Below the pieces are notes generated by a model. It was not told the DNA's origin and searched no databases. It worked only from the letters and a program-made list of their open reading frames with translations. The translations under genes and the position numbers were made by a program. A DNA stretch of 46,604 bases, from the NCBI GenBank assembly GCA_030622635.1, contig JAUXFX010000002.1:1-46604 (forward strand), read 5' to 3'. Shown piece after piece: positions 27,322-36,680 of this stretch. This DNA comes from Bacteroidota bacterium (GTDB taxonomy: Bacteria > Bacteroidota > Bacteroidia > Bacteroidales > JADFUO01). How positions within the stretch are numbered: position 1 is the first letter of the stretch; each line of letters starts with the position of its first letter.

Positions 27322-27384
27322 AATGGATAGAAGATTAAATTTATTTTTTGATAGAATCCGAAGGATTCAAATGTTTATAGAAAA
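27322..27384 (+). repeat. 63-nt direct repeat, right copy, containing hairpin GAATCC-GAA-GGATTC
   Basis: See 25923-25985. Confidence 0.9.
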
Positions 27385-27401
27385 ACAAATAAAGATAAAA
27401 A

Positions 27402-27875
27402 CTATCTTAACCTGTCGGCAGACCTTATAAGTCTCTCATCTTTTCTGACACCCCTGTATGAAAGAACTAAAAATATCAAAGAAATTATCGGCATAATTGA
27501 ACCGGCTAAATCAAAATTTCCTTCAACGCCTGCCTGTTTTTCAATAAGATTGTTATAAATAAAATAAATACCGACAATTAAAATAACGTTAAGTAAAATA
27601 TTTATTTTTATTAGTTTAAGCTGTAATCTTCTTTTCTTGTATAAAAAAATGATTATAAAACTCAAAGCACCAATTATTACAACAAAAAATAATAATGGTA
27701 AAGTAAATAAGTTACTGAATAATTGTTCACTGCCTGGAACTAAATTCTTTAGTTCCAGTATATTTAACTGTAATATATTAAACTCCCCGTAATAACTGAT
27801 TATTGGAAAAAAAAACATAAGCAGCATTGCAACAAATGCGATAAGTAAAAAAAACGATTGAATTCGCTGTATCAT
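27402..27875 (-). CDS. DUF4293-family membrane protein
   Basis: MIQRIQSFFLLIAFV start and 4-5 TM helices. Confidence 0.6.
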   Translation of the reverse strand: MIQRIQSFFLLIAFVAMLLMFFFPIISYYGEFNILQLNILELKNLVPGSEQLFSNLFTLPLLFFVVIIGALSFIIIFLYKKRRLQLKLIKINILLNVILIVGIYFIYNNLIEKQAGVEGNFDLAGSIMPIISLIFLVLSYRGVRKDERLIRSADRLR

Positions 27876-28092
27876 AAGTCAATTTTTTTAAAAATTGTTA
27901 CAAATATATAAATCATTTATTAATCCGCATTTAAAATATTTAGTTTATTTAATCCAAAAATTTTACAATTATTCGATGGATAAATACATATATTGGCAAA
28001 ATCATAACGAATATTCAGTAGATTTATTCAAAAAAATATAATTTTTATTTTAATTTTATTTAAAATATTTTGTTATTCATAATAATTTTATA

Positions 28093-28100
28093 ATTTTGCA
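28093..28100 (+). promoter_or_regulatory. Bacteroidota-type promoter: -7 box TAATTTTG with -33 TTTG at 28069-28072
   Basis: TAnnTTTG with a TTTG 20 nt upstream. This gives a ~150-nt leader before rho. Confidence 0.4.
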
Positions 28101-28257
28101 AATACTTTAAAAAATCCCTTAGATACTTTCTTAAATTTTTCTATAGAAAATTCTTTACTTAATTAATTATTTAATCTCAACTTATAGGTATATTATCAAA
28201 AAAATATTTACTTAATATCTCTTCTACAAATTTCAAACAAATTAAAATAAACATTAA

Positions 28258-29925
28258 ATGTACGACATTATTGAACTCAATGCAAAGTTAGTTCCTGAAT
28301 TAAAGGAAATTGCAAAAAAATTAAACATTCCTAAATCTGAAAAACTTGTTAAACAGGATCTTATTTATAAAATACTTGATCATCAGGCATTAAATCCTTC
28401 ACAGGAAATTTTGGCAAAAGAAAAAAAAGACTTTAAAAAATCATATCATCAGAAACGAAAAAGAACAACACAAAATGTTAAAGAGGTTGATAAAAAAATT
28501 CCAGAAGAAAAAGCAACAACCACCGAAATAAAAAAACAACCTCCTAAAAAAATAGTTAAGCATAACGATTTACCTGCCCCCACTCATTTACCTAAAAAAG
28601 CCGATGCTAATCCATTGATAATTTCAGATACTAAGATTAATAGAATCAAAGAACCAAACCCTACAAAAGATACTGCTGTTATTAAAGATAACATAAAAGA
28701 AGCTGATACCGAACGTAAAAAGAAATACGATTCAAATAGAAGTTACAGGGATCATTCAACACGAAGCAAACAAGGCGACAGAAGAAAAGATGAATATTCA
28801 TTTGAATTTGAAGGAATTGTTACAAGCGAAGGTGTGCTTGAAGTAATGCCTGACGGATATGGATTCCTGCGCTCATCGGATTACAATTACCTTAACTCAC
28901 CTGATGATATTTACGTTTCACAATCCCAGATAAAATTATTCGGTTTAAAAACAGGTGACACACTAAAAGGAAGTATTAGACCTCCAAAAGATACTGAAAA
29001 ATATTTTCCATTGATAAAAATTGAATTAATTAACGGCAAAATTCCCGATGAAGTTCGTGACAGAATTCCTTTTGATTTTTTAACTCCGCTTTTCCCTATA
29101 GAAAAATTTAAACTAACAGGTCATCCTGAAGATTCTCTTTCAACAAGAGTTATTGATATGTTTACTCCAATCGGCAAAGGACAAAGAGGACTAATCGTAG
29201 CTCAACCAAAAACCGGAAAAACCGTTCTTTTAAAAGAAGTTGCAAATGCCATTGCTTATAATCACCCCGAAGCATATTTAATTGTACTTTTAATTGATGA
29301 ACGCCCTGAGGAGGTTACGGATATGGAAAGAAGCGTTAAAGCAGAAGTAATATCTTCAACTTTTGATGAACCTGCCGAACGACATGTTAAAATTGCCAAT
29401 ATAGTTTTGGAAAAAGCTAAACGCTTAACCGAATGCGGACATGATGTAGTTATTCTTTTAGACTCAATCACACGATTGGCAAGAGCTTACAATACGGTTT
29501 CTCCTGCGTCAGGTAAAGTTTTATCAGGTGGTGTTGAAGCCAATGCTTTACAAAAGCCAAAACGTTTCTTCGGTGCTGCCAGAAAAATTGAAAACGGTGG
29601 CTCACTGACAATTCTTGCTACAGCATTGATTGATACCGGCTCAAAAATGGATGAAGTGATATTTGAAGAATTCAAGGGAACAGGTAATATGGAATTGCAG
29701 TTAGACCGTAAACTTTCAAATAAACGTATTTATCCGGCTATTGACATTGTTGCTTCAAGTACACGAAGAGAAGACCTGTTGCTTGACAAAGAATCATTAC
29801 AAAGAATATGGATACTCAGAAACCACCTCGCTGATATGAACCCACTTGAAGCTATGGAATTCCTGAGAGACAGAATGAAATTTACTAAAAGTAATGAAGA
29901 ATTTCTGATATCTATGAATGGGTAG
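28258..29925 (+). CDS. rho: transcription termination factor Rho with a long basic N-terminal insertion
   Basis: Rho_N segment, then a K/T/P-rich low-complexity insertion, a cold-shock-like RNA-binding domain ([14 protein letters not shown]), and Walker [16 protein letters not shown]. Confidence 0.95.
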   Translation: MYDIIELNAKLVPELKEIAKKLNIPKSEKLVKQDLIYKILDHQALNPSQEILAKEKKDFKKSYHQKRKRTTQNVKEVDKKIPEEKATTTEIKKQPPKKIVKHNDLPAPTHLPKKADANPLIISDTKINRIKEPNPTKDTAVIKDNIKEADTERKKKYDSNRSYRDHSTRSKQGDRRKDEYSFEFEGIVTSEGVLEVMPDGYGFLRSSDYNYLNSPDDIYVSQSQIKLFGLKTGDTLKGSIRPPKDTEKYFPLIKIELINGKIPDEVRDRIPFDFLTPLFPIEKFKLTGHPEDSLSTRVIDMFTPIGKGQRGLIVAQPKTGKTVLLKEVANAIAYNHPEAYLIVLLIDERPEEVTDMERSVKAEVISSTFDEPAERHVKIANIVLEKAKRLTECGHDVVILLDSITRLARAYNTVSPASGKVLSGGVEANALQKPKRFFGAARKIENGGSLTILATALIDTGSKMDEVIFEEFKGTGNMELQLDRKLSNKRIYPAIDIVASSTRREDLLLDKESLQRIWILRNHLADMNPLEAMEFLRDRMKFTKSNEEFLISMNG

Positions 29926-29928
29926 ATC

Positions 29929-30079
29929 AAGATAAAAGATAAAAGCGACACAAAGTTAGCCCGTATGGGTAAAAAATGAAGCGAAGCAAACCCGTATGGG
30001 ATAAAAGTTAAGACAAAAGATAAAAGCGACATGCAGTCCATACGGATTCACTTCGTTTCATTAGCCTGTATGGGATAAA
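29929..30079 (+). repeat. dispersed ~130-150-nt structured repeat, copy 2 (after rho)
   Basis: Aligns with 22250-22379 and carries an extra internal ~35-nt segment. Confidence 0.85.
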
Positions 30080-30115
30080 AATATAAAGTAAATAATTAAT
30101 ACAGATAGATACGAT

Positions 30116-30157
30116 TTACTCCTTACTACTTACTACTTACTACTTACTCCCTACTGC
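30116..30157. repeat. TACTTAC heptamer repeats
   Basis: Read directly. Confidence 0.8.
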
Positions 30158-30169
30158 CACTATTTCTGC

Positions 30170-31534
30170 CTACTTCTTCAAAATCTTTCTTGCAATATTA
30201 TCAAAATCAATTCCATCAAAATTTCCGGAACTCATCAATAAAAGATTTTTGTTGTTCCATTCCATTTCTAATAAATACTGAAACAATTCTGATGAATCGG
30301 TATAAACCTCTAATTTTTGATTATTAAAAGCATTTTTCACCTGTTCTTTAGTTATCACAGGTAATTTTTTCAATTCTATTGTATGCGGATTAAAATAAAC
30401 AAAAGGAAAATCGGCATCATCCATACATCCGTTATATAGCTCAATAAAATCCTTATTCAAACTGCTGAAAGTGTGCAACTCAATACATGCAACCAATTCC
30501 TTTTCAGGAAACTGTTCTTTTAGAGCTTTAACAGTAGCTTTAAGTTTTGATGGTGAATGTGCAAAATCCTTGTAAATAAATGTTGAATCATTTTTATCAA
30601 TCAGTTCAAGTCTTTTTGAAGCTCCTTTAAATGATTTAATAGCTTCATAAAATTGTTTATCACTAACTCCCAATTCATTACAAACCAACCTTGCACCATT
30701 AATATTTTTTAAATTATGCTCACCGAATATTTTTAACGGAATCCATTTGTCTTTGTATTTAATATAAGCAACTCCATTTTCAATTTTGTTTGAAGGTAAA
30801 GAATAAGGAAGTTTTTTTATTGTACCTTTTGATGATATTGCAATATTTTTAACCTCACGGTCATCTTCACAATAAACCAATGTGCCGCCATCTTCAATTA
30901 AATTAACAAAAATTTCAAATTGCTCAAGATAAAAATCATAAGTTGGAAAAACATTTATATGGTCCCATGCTATTCCACTCAGCAAAGCAATATTAGGTTT
31001 GTATAAATGAAATTTCGGCCGCCTGTCAATGGGTGATGTCAGGTATTCATCACCTTCAATTAACATAATTTTTGTTTTATCCGATAACTTAACCATAACT
31101 TCAAATCCTTCAAGCTGAGCACCGATCATATAATCACAATTTATATTAAAATAATTTAATGTGTGAAGTATCATTGCTGTAATTGTAGTTTTTCCGTGAC
31201 TCCCTCCTATTACAACACGGGTTTTGTTTCTGGACTGCTCGTATAAATATTCAGGATAAGAATATATTTTTAATCCTAATTCCTGAGCTTTTAATAATTC
31301 GGAATTATCAGACCTGGCATGCATTCCAAGAATTACAGCATCAATATCTTTTGTGATTTTATCAGGAAGCCATCCTTCTTTTTCAGGTAAGATTTTATAT
31401 TTTTTAAGCCGGATTTTTGATGGTTCAAAAATCTCATCGTCAGAGCCGGTAATCTCATAGCCTTTTTTTTGTAAGGCAATTGCAAGGTTGTGCATTGCAC
31501 TTCCGCCTATTGCAATAAAATGCACCTTCATCAT
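30170..31534 (-). CDS. mpl: UDP-N-acetylmuramate:L-alanyl-gamma-D-glutamyl-meso-diaminopimelate ligase
   Basis: HFIAIGGSAMHNLAIAL, GGSHGKTT, Mur-ligase layout, 454 aa. Confidence 0.85.
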   Translation of the reverse strand: MMKVHFIAIGGSAMHNLAIALQKKGYEITGSDDEIFEPSKIRLKKYKILPEKEGWLPDKITKDIDAVILGMHARSDNSELLKAQELGLKIYSYPEYLYEQSRNKTRVVIGGSHGKTTITAMILHTLNYFNINCDYMIGAQLEGFEVMVKLSDKTKIMLIEGDEYLTSPIDRRPKFHLYKPNIALLSGIAWDHINVFPTYDFYLEQFEIFVNLIEDGGTLVYCEDDREVKNIAISSKGTIKKLPYSLPSNKIENGVAYIKYKDKWIPLKIFGEHNLKNINGARLVCNELGVSDKQFYEAIKSFKGASKRLELIDKNDSTFIYKDFAHSPSKLKATVKALKEQFPEKELVACIELHTFSSLNKDFIELYNGCMDDADFPFVYFNPHTIELKKLPVITKEQVKNAFNNQKLEVYTDSSELFQYLLEMEWNNKNLLLMSSGNFDGIDFDNIARKILKK

Positions 31535-31644
31535 TTAAAATATTTAATAAATATTTGATTTGAATAATTGACAAATATAACTGATTTGTATAAAACTATG
31601 CTATTGAAATTCTTCAAATACTGGTACTAAACTTATATTATAAT

Positions 31645-31652
31645 TATATTTG
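31645..31652 (+). promoter_or_regulatory. Bacteroidota-type -7 box TATATTTG
   Basis: TAnnTTTG, 19 nt upstream of the cysH ATG. Confidence 0.35.
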
Positions 31653-31671
31653 CCGGCTTAAACAAGAGTTT

Positions 31672-32376
31672 ATGAATTTAAAACAAATTGAAAATCTTAA
31701 TAAGGAATTACAAAATTCTTCTACACAGGAAGTCATTTCATTTTTCTTATCAAATTACCCTGAAAAAATTGCCTTTGCAACAAGCCTTGGAATTGAAGAC
31801 CAGGTGATAACCGAGATGATTGTTTCAATAAATAAATCCATAAAAATATTCACACTTGATACAGGCAGATTATTTCAGGAAACTTACGATTTAATCCAAA
31901 AAACAAACAGCCGGTATAAAATTAATATTGAAATATATTTTCCTGATACCAGACAAGTTGAGAAAATGGTTAAAGAAAAAGGAATAAACCTTTTTTACGA
32001 AAGCATTGAAAACCGTAAGCTTTGCTGCCATGTACGTAAAATTGAATCATTAAAAAGGGTTTTAAATAAATTTGATTTCTGGATAACAGGATTAAGAAAG
32101 GAACAATCGGAAATACGTGCAAATGATAAACTTATTGAGTGGGATAAAGTAAACGGGCTTATCAAAGTTAATCCACTGATAAAATGGACGGAAAAAGATG
32201 TATGGAATTATATTAAAGGAAAAAATATCCCTTATAATTCACTTCATAACAAAGGTTTTAAAAGTATTGGATGTCTGCCTTGTACACGTGCAGTTGAAGA
32301 CAGTGAAGATTCCCGCTCAGGAAGGTGGTGGTGGGAAAATGACGAACACAAAGAATGTGGGTTGCATAAGAGGTGA
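31672..32376 (+). CDS. cysH: assimilatory adenylylsulfate/PAPS reductase, Fe-S (APS-reductase) type
   Basis: C-terminal KECGLH motif, plus cysteine pairs CC (RKLCCHV) and CxxC (GCLPCT) that characterise the [4Fe-4S] APS-reducing CysH type. Confidence 0.85.
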   Translation: MNLKQIENLNKELQNSSTQEVISFFLSNYPEKIAFATSLGIEDQVITEMIVSINKSIKIFTLDTGRLFQETYDLIQKTNSRYKINIEIYFPDTRQVEKMVKEKGINLFYESIENRKLCCHVRKIESLKRVLNKFDFWITGLRKEQSEIRANDKLIEWDKVNGLIKVNPLIKWTEKDVWNYIKGKNIPYNSLHNKGFKSIGCLPCTRAVEDSEDSRSGRWWWENDEHKECGLHKR

Positions 32377-32389
32377 AGGATAAAGTTCA

Positions 32390-32500
32390 AAGGCTAAAGG
32401 CTAAAGGCTAAAGTATAAAGGTAATCAGTAATTAGTGGCAATAGCAATCGGCAGTCGGTAGTCAGCAACCAGTAATTTCGTAATTCGTAATCCGTAAATC
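32390..32500. repeat. AAGGCTA heptamers followed by CGGCAGT/CGGTAGT and GTAATTC/GTAATCC heptamer runs
   Basis: Read directly. Confidence 0.8.
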
Positions 32501-32523
32501 ATTTAAACGATCAAAGAAACCCT

Positions 32524-33600
32524 TTACCTTAATGCACCTGCAAACGATATCCTACTCAGTGCTACATTAACAGGGCTGGTTTGTTCAGCCCAGGTATTAC
32601 CGCCATCATTCGTATATAAAATATATCCACCCGGCACTTCAATATTAACTGATACAATCCAGGCAGTATATTTATCAAAAGCAGTAATTCCCATATATTC
32701 AGCTGATGGTAAACCAGCGGGAGAGGATTGTAGCACCCATGTACTATCTAAATGAGTTAATTTACAAATATGTTTATAATCACTTGCTACCCAAACAATA
32801 TTCTCATTAATTACACAAACCCCATTATTGTGAAGAGGACCTAATGGTGTACTCTTGTTTGTCCAGGTCTCACCACCGTTTAATGTATATAAAGCTTGTC
32901 CTGGTCCAACTGTCCAGGCAACATTATGATTAATAGCATGAACATCAATTAAAGCATTAGGTGTATTGCCTGTATGCAGGCTGTCCAAACCTTGTCTTAT
33001 CCATGTATCGCCACCATCTGAAGTATGAAGGATTACAGCAAGTGTATCTCCTATTCCAACAGCCCAAACATTATTATCATCTGTTGCATAAACCATCTGA
33101 AATGGAACATTTGAAAGTTTGCCTTTATTTTGTTGAGTCCAATTTGTTCCACCATCTGTAGTTTTTAAAATAATCCCTTCAGCTCCGGCTGTCCAGGCAA
33201 TATTATTATCTATGGCACTAATACCTGCTAACTCAACGTCAGGGATGCTTTGTGCAGAACCTAATCTAATCCAGGTTTCTCCTCCATCAGATGTTTTTAG
33301 AATTGTTGCAAATCCATCAATATTTCTACCGGCCACCCATACATTCTTTTTATCAATTACACAAACATCATTAATCATAATGTTTGGTATTGTTTGTGCA
33401 TTTCCTTGTCTTATCCAGGTTTTGCCACCATTATTTGTATAGATGATTGTTCCATATCCATCAATATTTTCACCAACAGCCCAGCCATAAACACCTGTAT
33501 CTATGGGTTGGGAGGTGTTTTTATTCTTTTTACAACTTATTGAAAAAATAACTAAGCCTGTAAAGGCAAAGATTAAAATAAATAATTTTGAGCGTTTCAT
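32524..33600 (-). CDS. BNR/Asp-box repeat beta-propeller lipoprotein (Ycf48-like)
   Basis: Six (S/T)-x-(D/N)-G-G-x-(T/N)-W Asp-box-like units. Lipoprotein signal MKRSKLFILIFAFTGLVIFSISC. The start at 33600 is preferred over 33684. Confidence 0.7.
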   Translation of the reverse strand: MKRSKLFILIFAFTGLVIFSISCKKNKNTSQPIDTGVYGWAVGENIDGYGTIIYTNNGGKTWIRQGNAQTIPNIMINDVCVIDKKNVWVAGRNIDGFATILKTSDGGETWIRLGSAQSIPDVELAGISAIDNNIAWTAGAEGIILKTTDGGTNWTQQNKGKLSNVPFQMVYATDDNNVWAVGIGDTLAVILHTSDGGDTWIRQGLDSLHTGNTPNALIDVHAINHNVAWTVGPGQALYTLNGGETWTNKSTPLGPLHNNGVCVINENIVWVASDYKHICKLTHLDSTWVLQSSPAGLPSAEYMGITAFDKYTAWIVSVNIEVPGGYILYTNDGGNTWAEQTSPVNVALSRISFAGALR

Positions 33601-33684
33601 TATTGAAAATTTATGTTTTGAAATAATTTTTACAAATATAATCATTATTCCATCATTACAATAATACATTACTCTAATACTCAA

Positions 33685-33742
33685 GGCAAACGCATAAAAA
33701 AACTCTTATTGATTAATCATAAAAAAACTTCATGCGTTTGCC
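33685..33742. promoter_or_regulatory. 11-bp perfect inverted repeat GGCAAACGCAT/ATGCGTTTGCC separated by 36 nt
   Basis: Read directly. It lies in the divergent region between the propeller gene and aprB. Confidence 0.3.
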
Positions 33743-33895
33743 CTACTCCAATACTCCATCACTCCATTATTCCATCATTCCATTACTCCACCATTCAATC
33801 ACTCAATCACTCAATCACTCAATCACTCAATCACTCAATCACTAAGTCACTCCATTACTCCACCATTCCATCATTCCACCATTCCATCATTCCAA
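33743..33895. repeat. CATTCCA/CATTACTCCA and CAATCACT tandem repeats
   Basis: Read directly. The reverse complement of the same family occupies 46568-46604. Confidence 0.85.
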
Positions 33896-33961
33896 TAAAA
33901 AATAATGCAAATCCTTTATAAATAATTTATTCAATTAATTGGCTATTTTCAGAAATTGAAT

Positions 33962-33969
33962 TATGTTTG
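33962..33969 (+). promoter_or_regulatory. Bacteroidota-type -7 box TATGTTTG upstream of aprB
   Basis: TAnnTTTG, 30 nt upstream of the ATG at 34000. Confidence 0.35.
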
Positions 33970-33999
33970 CATCTATACAAAAAATTAAATTTTTAGAAA

Positions 34000-34437
34000 A
34001 TGCCAAGTTTTGTTATAACAGAAAAATGCGATGGATGTAAGGCACAGGGCAAAACTGCCTGCCAGTATATTTGTCCGAACGACCTTATGGTTTTAAATAA
34101 AGAAACAAATAAAGCATACAACCGTGCTCCTGAAATGTGCTGGGAATGTTATAACTGCGTTAAGATTTGTCCGACACAGGCAATTGAAATACGTGGCTAT
34201 GCCGATTTTATGCCTTTGGGTGGATATGTCCAGCCATTGAGAAGTACCGATTCAATTATGTGGTCCGTAAGGTTCAGGAACGGGAAAATTAAACGCTTTA
34301 AATTTCCAACACGAACTATCCCTGAAGGAAGCGCATCACCGGATGCAGGTTTTAACACTTCAACTGATGATTTGAAAAGCTCCGTATTAAGAACTGAACC
34401 GGAATCTTTAGGAACCAAAGAAATTGAACAACTTTAA
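34000..34437 (+). CDS. aprB: adenylylsulfate reductase, beta subunit
   Basis: MPSFVITEKCDGCK...CQYICPND...CWECYNCVKICP carries two ferredoxin-type clusters plus the AprB-specific C-terminal tail. Confidence 0.9.
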   Translation: MPSFVITEKCDGCKAQGKTACQYICPNDLMVLNKETNKAYNRAPEMCWECYNCVKICPTQAIEIRGYADFMPLGGYVQPLRSTDSIMWSVRFRNGKIKRFKFPTRTIPEGSASPDAGFNTSTDDLKSSVLRTEPESLGTKEIEQL

Positions 34438-34503
34438 TGAACATCAAAAGTGAAACGTCTATAAAAAGTATATTTTGATAAACAAAAGAATGATTATGTA
34501 ATA

Positions 34504-34570
34504 AAATTAGAAACTTGAAATTAGAAATTCGGAAAAAGACACAATTTCCAATTTCTAATTTCTAATTTCC
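34504..34570. repeat. AATTTCT-type repeats forming a 13-bp perfect inverted repeat in the aprB-aprA spacer
   Basis: GAAATTAGAAATT (34517-34529) pairs with AATTTCTAATTTC (34550-34562). Confidence 0.85.
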
Positions 34571-34631
34571 ACCTCTTGATTTGGCAAAATGTAATCAACT
34601 AAAAATGTAGCAACTACAAAAAAACAAACAC

Positions 34632-36521
34632 ATGAAAGACTTCGAAACCATAGAAATTACAACTGATATTTTGATTCTTGGTGGTGGCATGGCAGCATGT
34701 GGCGCTGCTTTTGAAGCTGCATACTGGGCTAAGCAACATAATCTTAAAGTTACATTGGTTGATAAAGCTGCAATGGACAGAAGCGGGGCTGTTGCAATGG
34801 GTCTTTCGGCAATTAATATGTATATCGGTTTGAAAGACCAGGACAACACAATTAAAGATTATGTAAAATATGTTAAAAATGACCTGATGGGAATTGCCCG
34901 CGATGACCTTGTAGCAAACATTGCCCGCCATGTTGATTCATCTGTTCATCTTTTTGAAAAATGGGGATTGCCTATCTGGAAAGATGAAGACGGAAAATAT
35001 GTTCATGAAGGACGCTGGCAGGTTATGATAAATGGCGAATCATACAAAACCATTGTTGCCGAAGCTGCTAAAAATGCTCTTAAAGAACTCGGCGAAAACG
35101 GTTCGTATTATGAACGTATTTTTATCACCGAACCTTTAATGGATGAAGACAGATGTGTGGGGGCAATCGGTTTCAGTGTGCGGGATAATAAAATTTATAT
35201 TTTCAGGGCAAAATCTGTTCTTGTTGCAATGGGAGGAGCAGTGCATATTTTCAAACCGCGTTCTGTCGGTGAAGGATTGGGACGTTCGTGGTATCCACCT
35301 TTTAATTCGGGAACTTCAGCATATTTCACAATAAAAGCCGGTGCAGAAATGACTTGTCAGGAAGTTCGTTTTGTCCCTGTAAGGTTTAAAGATGCTTATG
35401 GTCCGGTTGGTGCATGGTTCCTGCTTTTTAAATCTAAAGCTACAAATGCTTTAGGCGAAGACTATATGGAAACACGTTCCGGTGAGCTAAAAAAATGGGC
35501 ACCGTATGGATTGACAAAACCCACTCCGACTAACTTGCGAAATTATTTAATGATGCTTGAAGTAATGGAAGGCAAACATCCGATTTACATGAGAACAGAT
35601 GAAGCAATTAAAAATATCGCAGCTAAAATTGAAAATGAAAAAGATAGAAAAAGAAAATTAAAAAAACTTGAAAACGAAGCATGGGAGGATTTCCTTGATA
35701 TGACTATCAGCCAGGCATTACTTTGGGCATCTACCAATATTTTTCCCGATGAACAACCTTCTGAAATTGCAGCATGTGAACCTTATTTTATCAGCTCTCA
35801 TTCAGGTGCATCAGGAGCATGGTTAAGCGGACCTGAAGATATGGCTCCTGATGAATATAAATGGGGCTATCCGCAAATGACAACAATTAAAGGTCTGTTT
35901 GCAGCAGGTGATGCTTCAGGTGCTTCAAGCCACAAATTTTCATCCGGTTCATTCACCGAAGGTAGAATAGCAGCAAAATCAGCCGTAAGTTTTTGTGTTG
36001 ACCATCCTGAATTATCTTCTTTTGATTCATCTAAAATTGAAGATTTGAAAAATAACATTCTAAAACCTTTAGAAACATTTAATAATCATAAAAATTATTC
36101 AAACGACCCAGATATTAATCCGAATTTTATTAAACCAAAAATGTTCATGTTCAGGTTGCAGAAAATAATGGATGAATATGCCGGAGGTGTATCAGCAAAT
36201 TTTATAACTTCAGAGGCATTACTTAAAAAAGGTCTTGAATTCATCAGGTATATGAAGGAAGATGCAGAAAAACTTGCAGCAGAAGACTTGCATGAACTAA
36301 TGAGATGCTGGGAAAATATTCATAGATTATGGCAGGCAGAGTCGCATATCAGGACTATGCTTTTCAGGGAAGAGACCAGATGGCCCGGATATTATTTCAG
36401 AAGCGATTTCCCTGAAATGAAAGAAGAATGGAAATGCTTTGCTAACTGCCGATGGAACCCTGAAACTGATGAATGGGAAATGATAAAAAAGGATGTGATT
36501 GATTTGGTGGAGAGAGAGTAA
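34632..36521 (+). CDS. aprA: adenylylsulfate reductase, alpha subunit (FAD)
   Basis: ILILGGGMAACGAAFEA FAD fold, 629 aa, adjacent to aprB. Confidence 0.9.
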   Translation: MKDFETIEITTDILILGGGMAACGAAFEAAYWAKQHNLKVTLVDKAAMDRSGAVAMGLSAINMYIGLKDQDNTIKDYVKYVKNDLMGIARDDLVANIARHVDSSVHLFEKWGLPIWKDEDGKYVHEGRWQVMINGESYKTIVAEAAKNALKELGENGSYYERIFITEPLMDEDRCVGAIGFSVRDNKIYIFRAKSVLVAMGGAVHIFKPRSVGEGLGRSWYPPFNSGTSAYFTIKAGAEMTCQEVRFVPVRFKDAYGPVGAWFLLFKSKATNALGEDYMETRSGELKKWAPYGLTKPTPTNLRNYLMMLEVMEGKHPIYMRTDEAIKNIAAKIENEKDRKRKLKKLENEAWEDFLDMTISQALLWASTNIFPDEQPSEIAACEPYFISSHSGASGAWLSGPEDMAPDEYKWGYPQMTTIKGLFAAGDASGASSHKFSSGSFTEGRIAAKSAVSFCVDHPELSSFDSSKIEDLKNNILKPLETFNNHKNYSNDPDINPNFIKPKMFMFRLQKIMDEYAGGVSANFITSEALLKKGLEFIRYMKEDAEKLAAEDLHELMRCWENIHRLWQAESHIRTMLFREETRWPGYYFRSDFPEMKEEWKCFANCRWNPETDEWEMIKKDVIDLVERE

Positions 36522-36523
36522 TT

Positions 36524-36621
36524 GGATTTTAGATTTTGGATTTTAGATTTTAGATTTAATTTTAAGATCGACAACTTTTTAGTGTATAGAATTCTAAATT
36601 CTAAAATCTCAAATCTCAAAT
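36524..36621. repeat. GATTTTA heptamers (left) facing TCTAAAT/AAATCTC heptamers (right); imperfect inverted arrangement
   Basis: Read directly. GATTTTAGA pairs with TCTAAAATC at 36600-36608. Confidence 0.75.
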
Positions 36622-36680
36622 TGCAGAAGAAAAAGTAAATTCTATTTTATATTGGGATGAACAAAAAATAACATAATTAA

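Noticed and set aside
33709-33921. ORF-track ORF of 70 aa (..HSIIPSFHYSTIQSLNHSITQSLNHSIT..)
   Set aside because: It is a translation of tandem CATTCCA/CAATCACT repeats and is low-complexity, so it is not a gene. The same applies to 9307-9546, 36392-36619 and 41651-42055.
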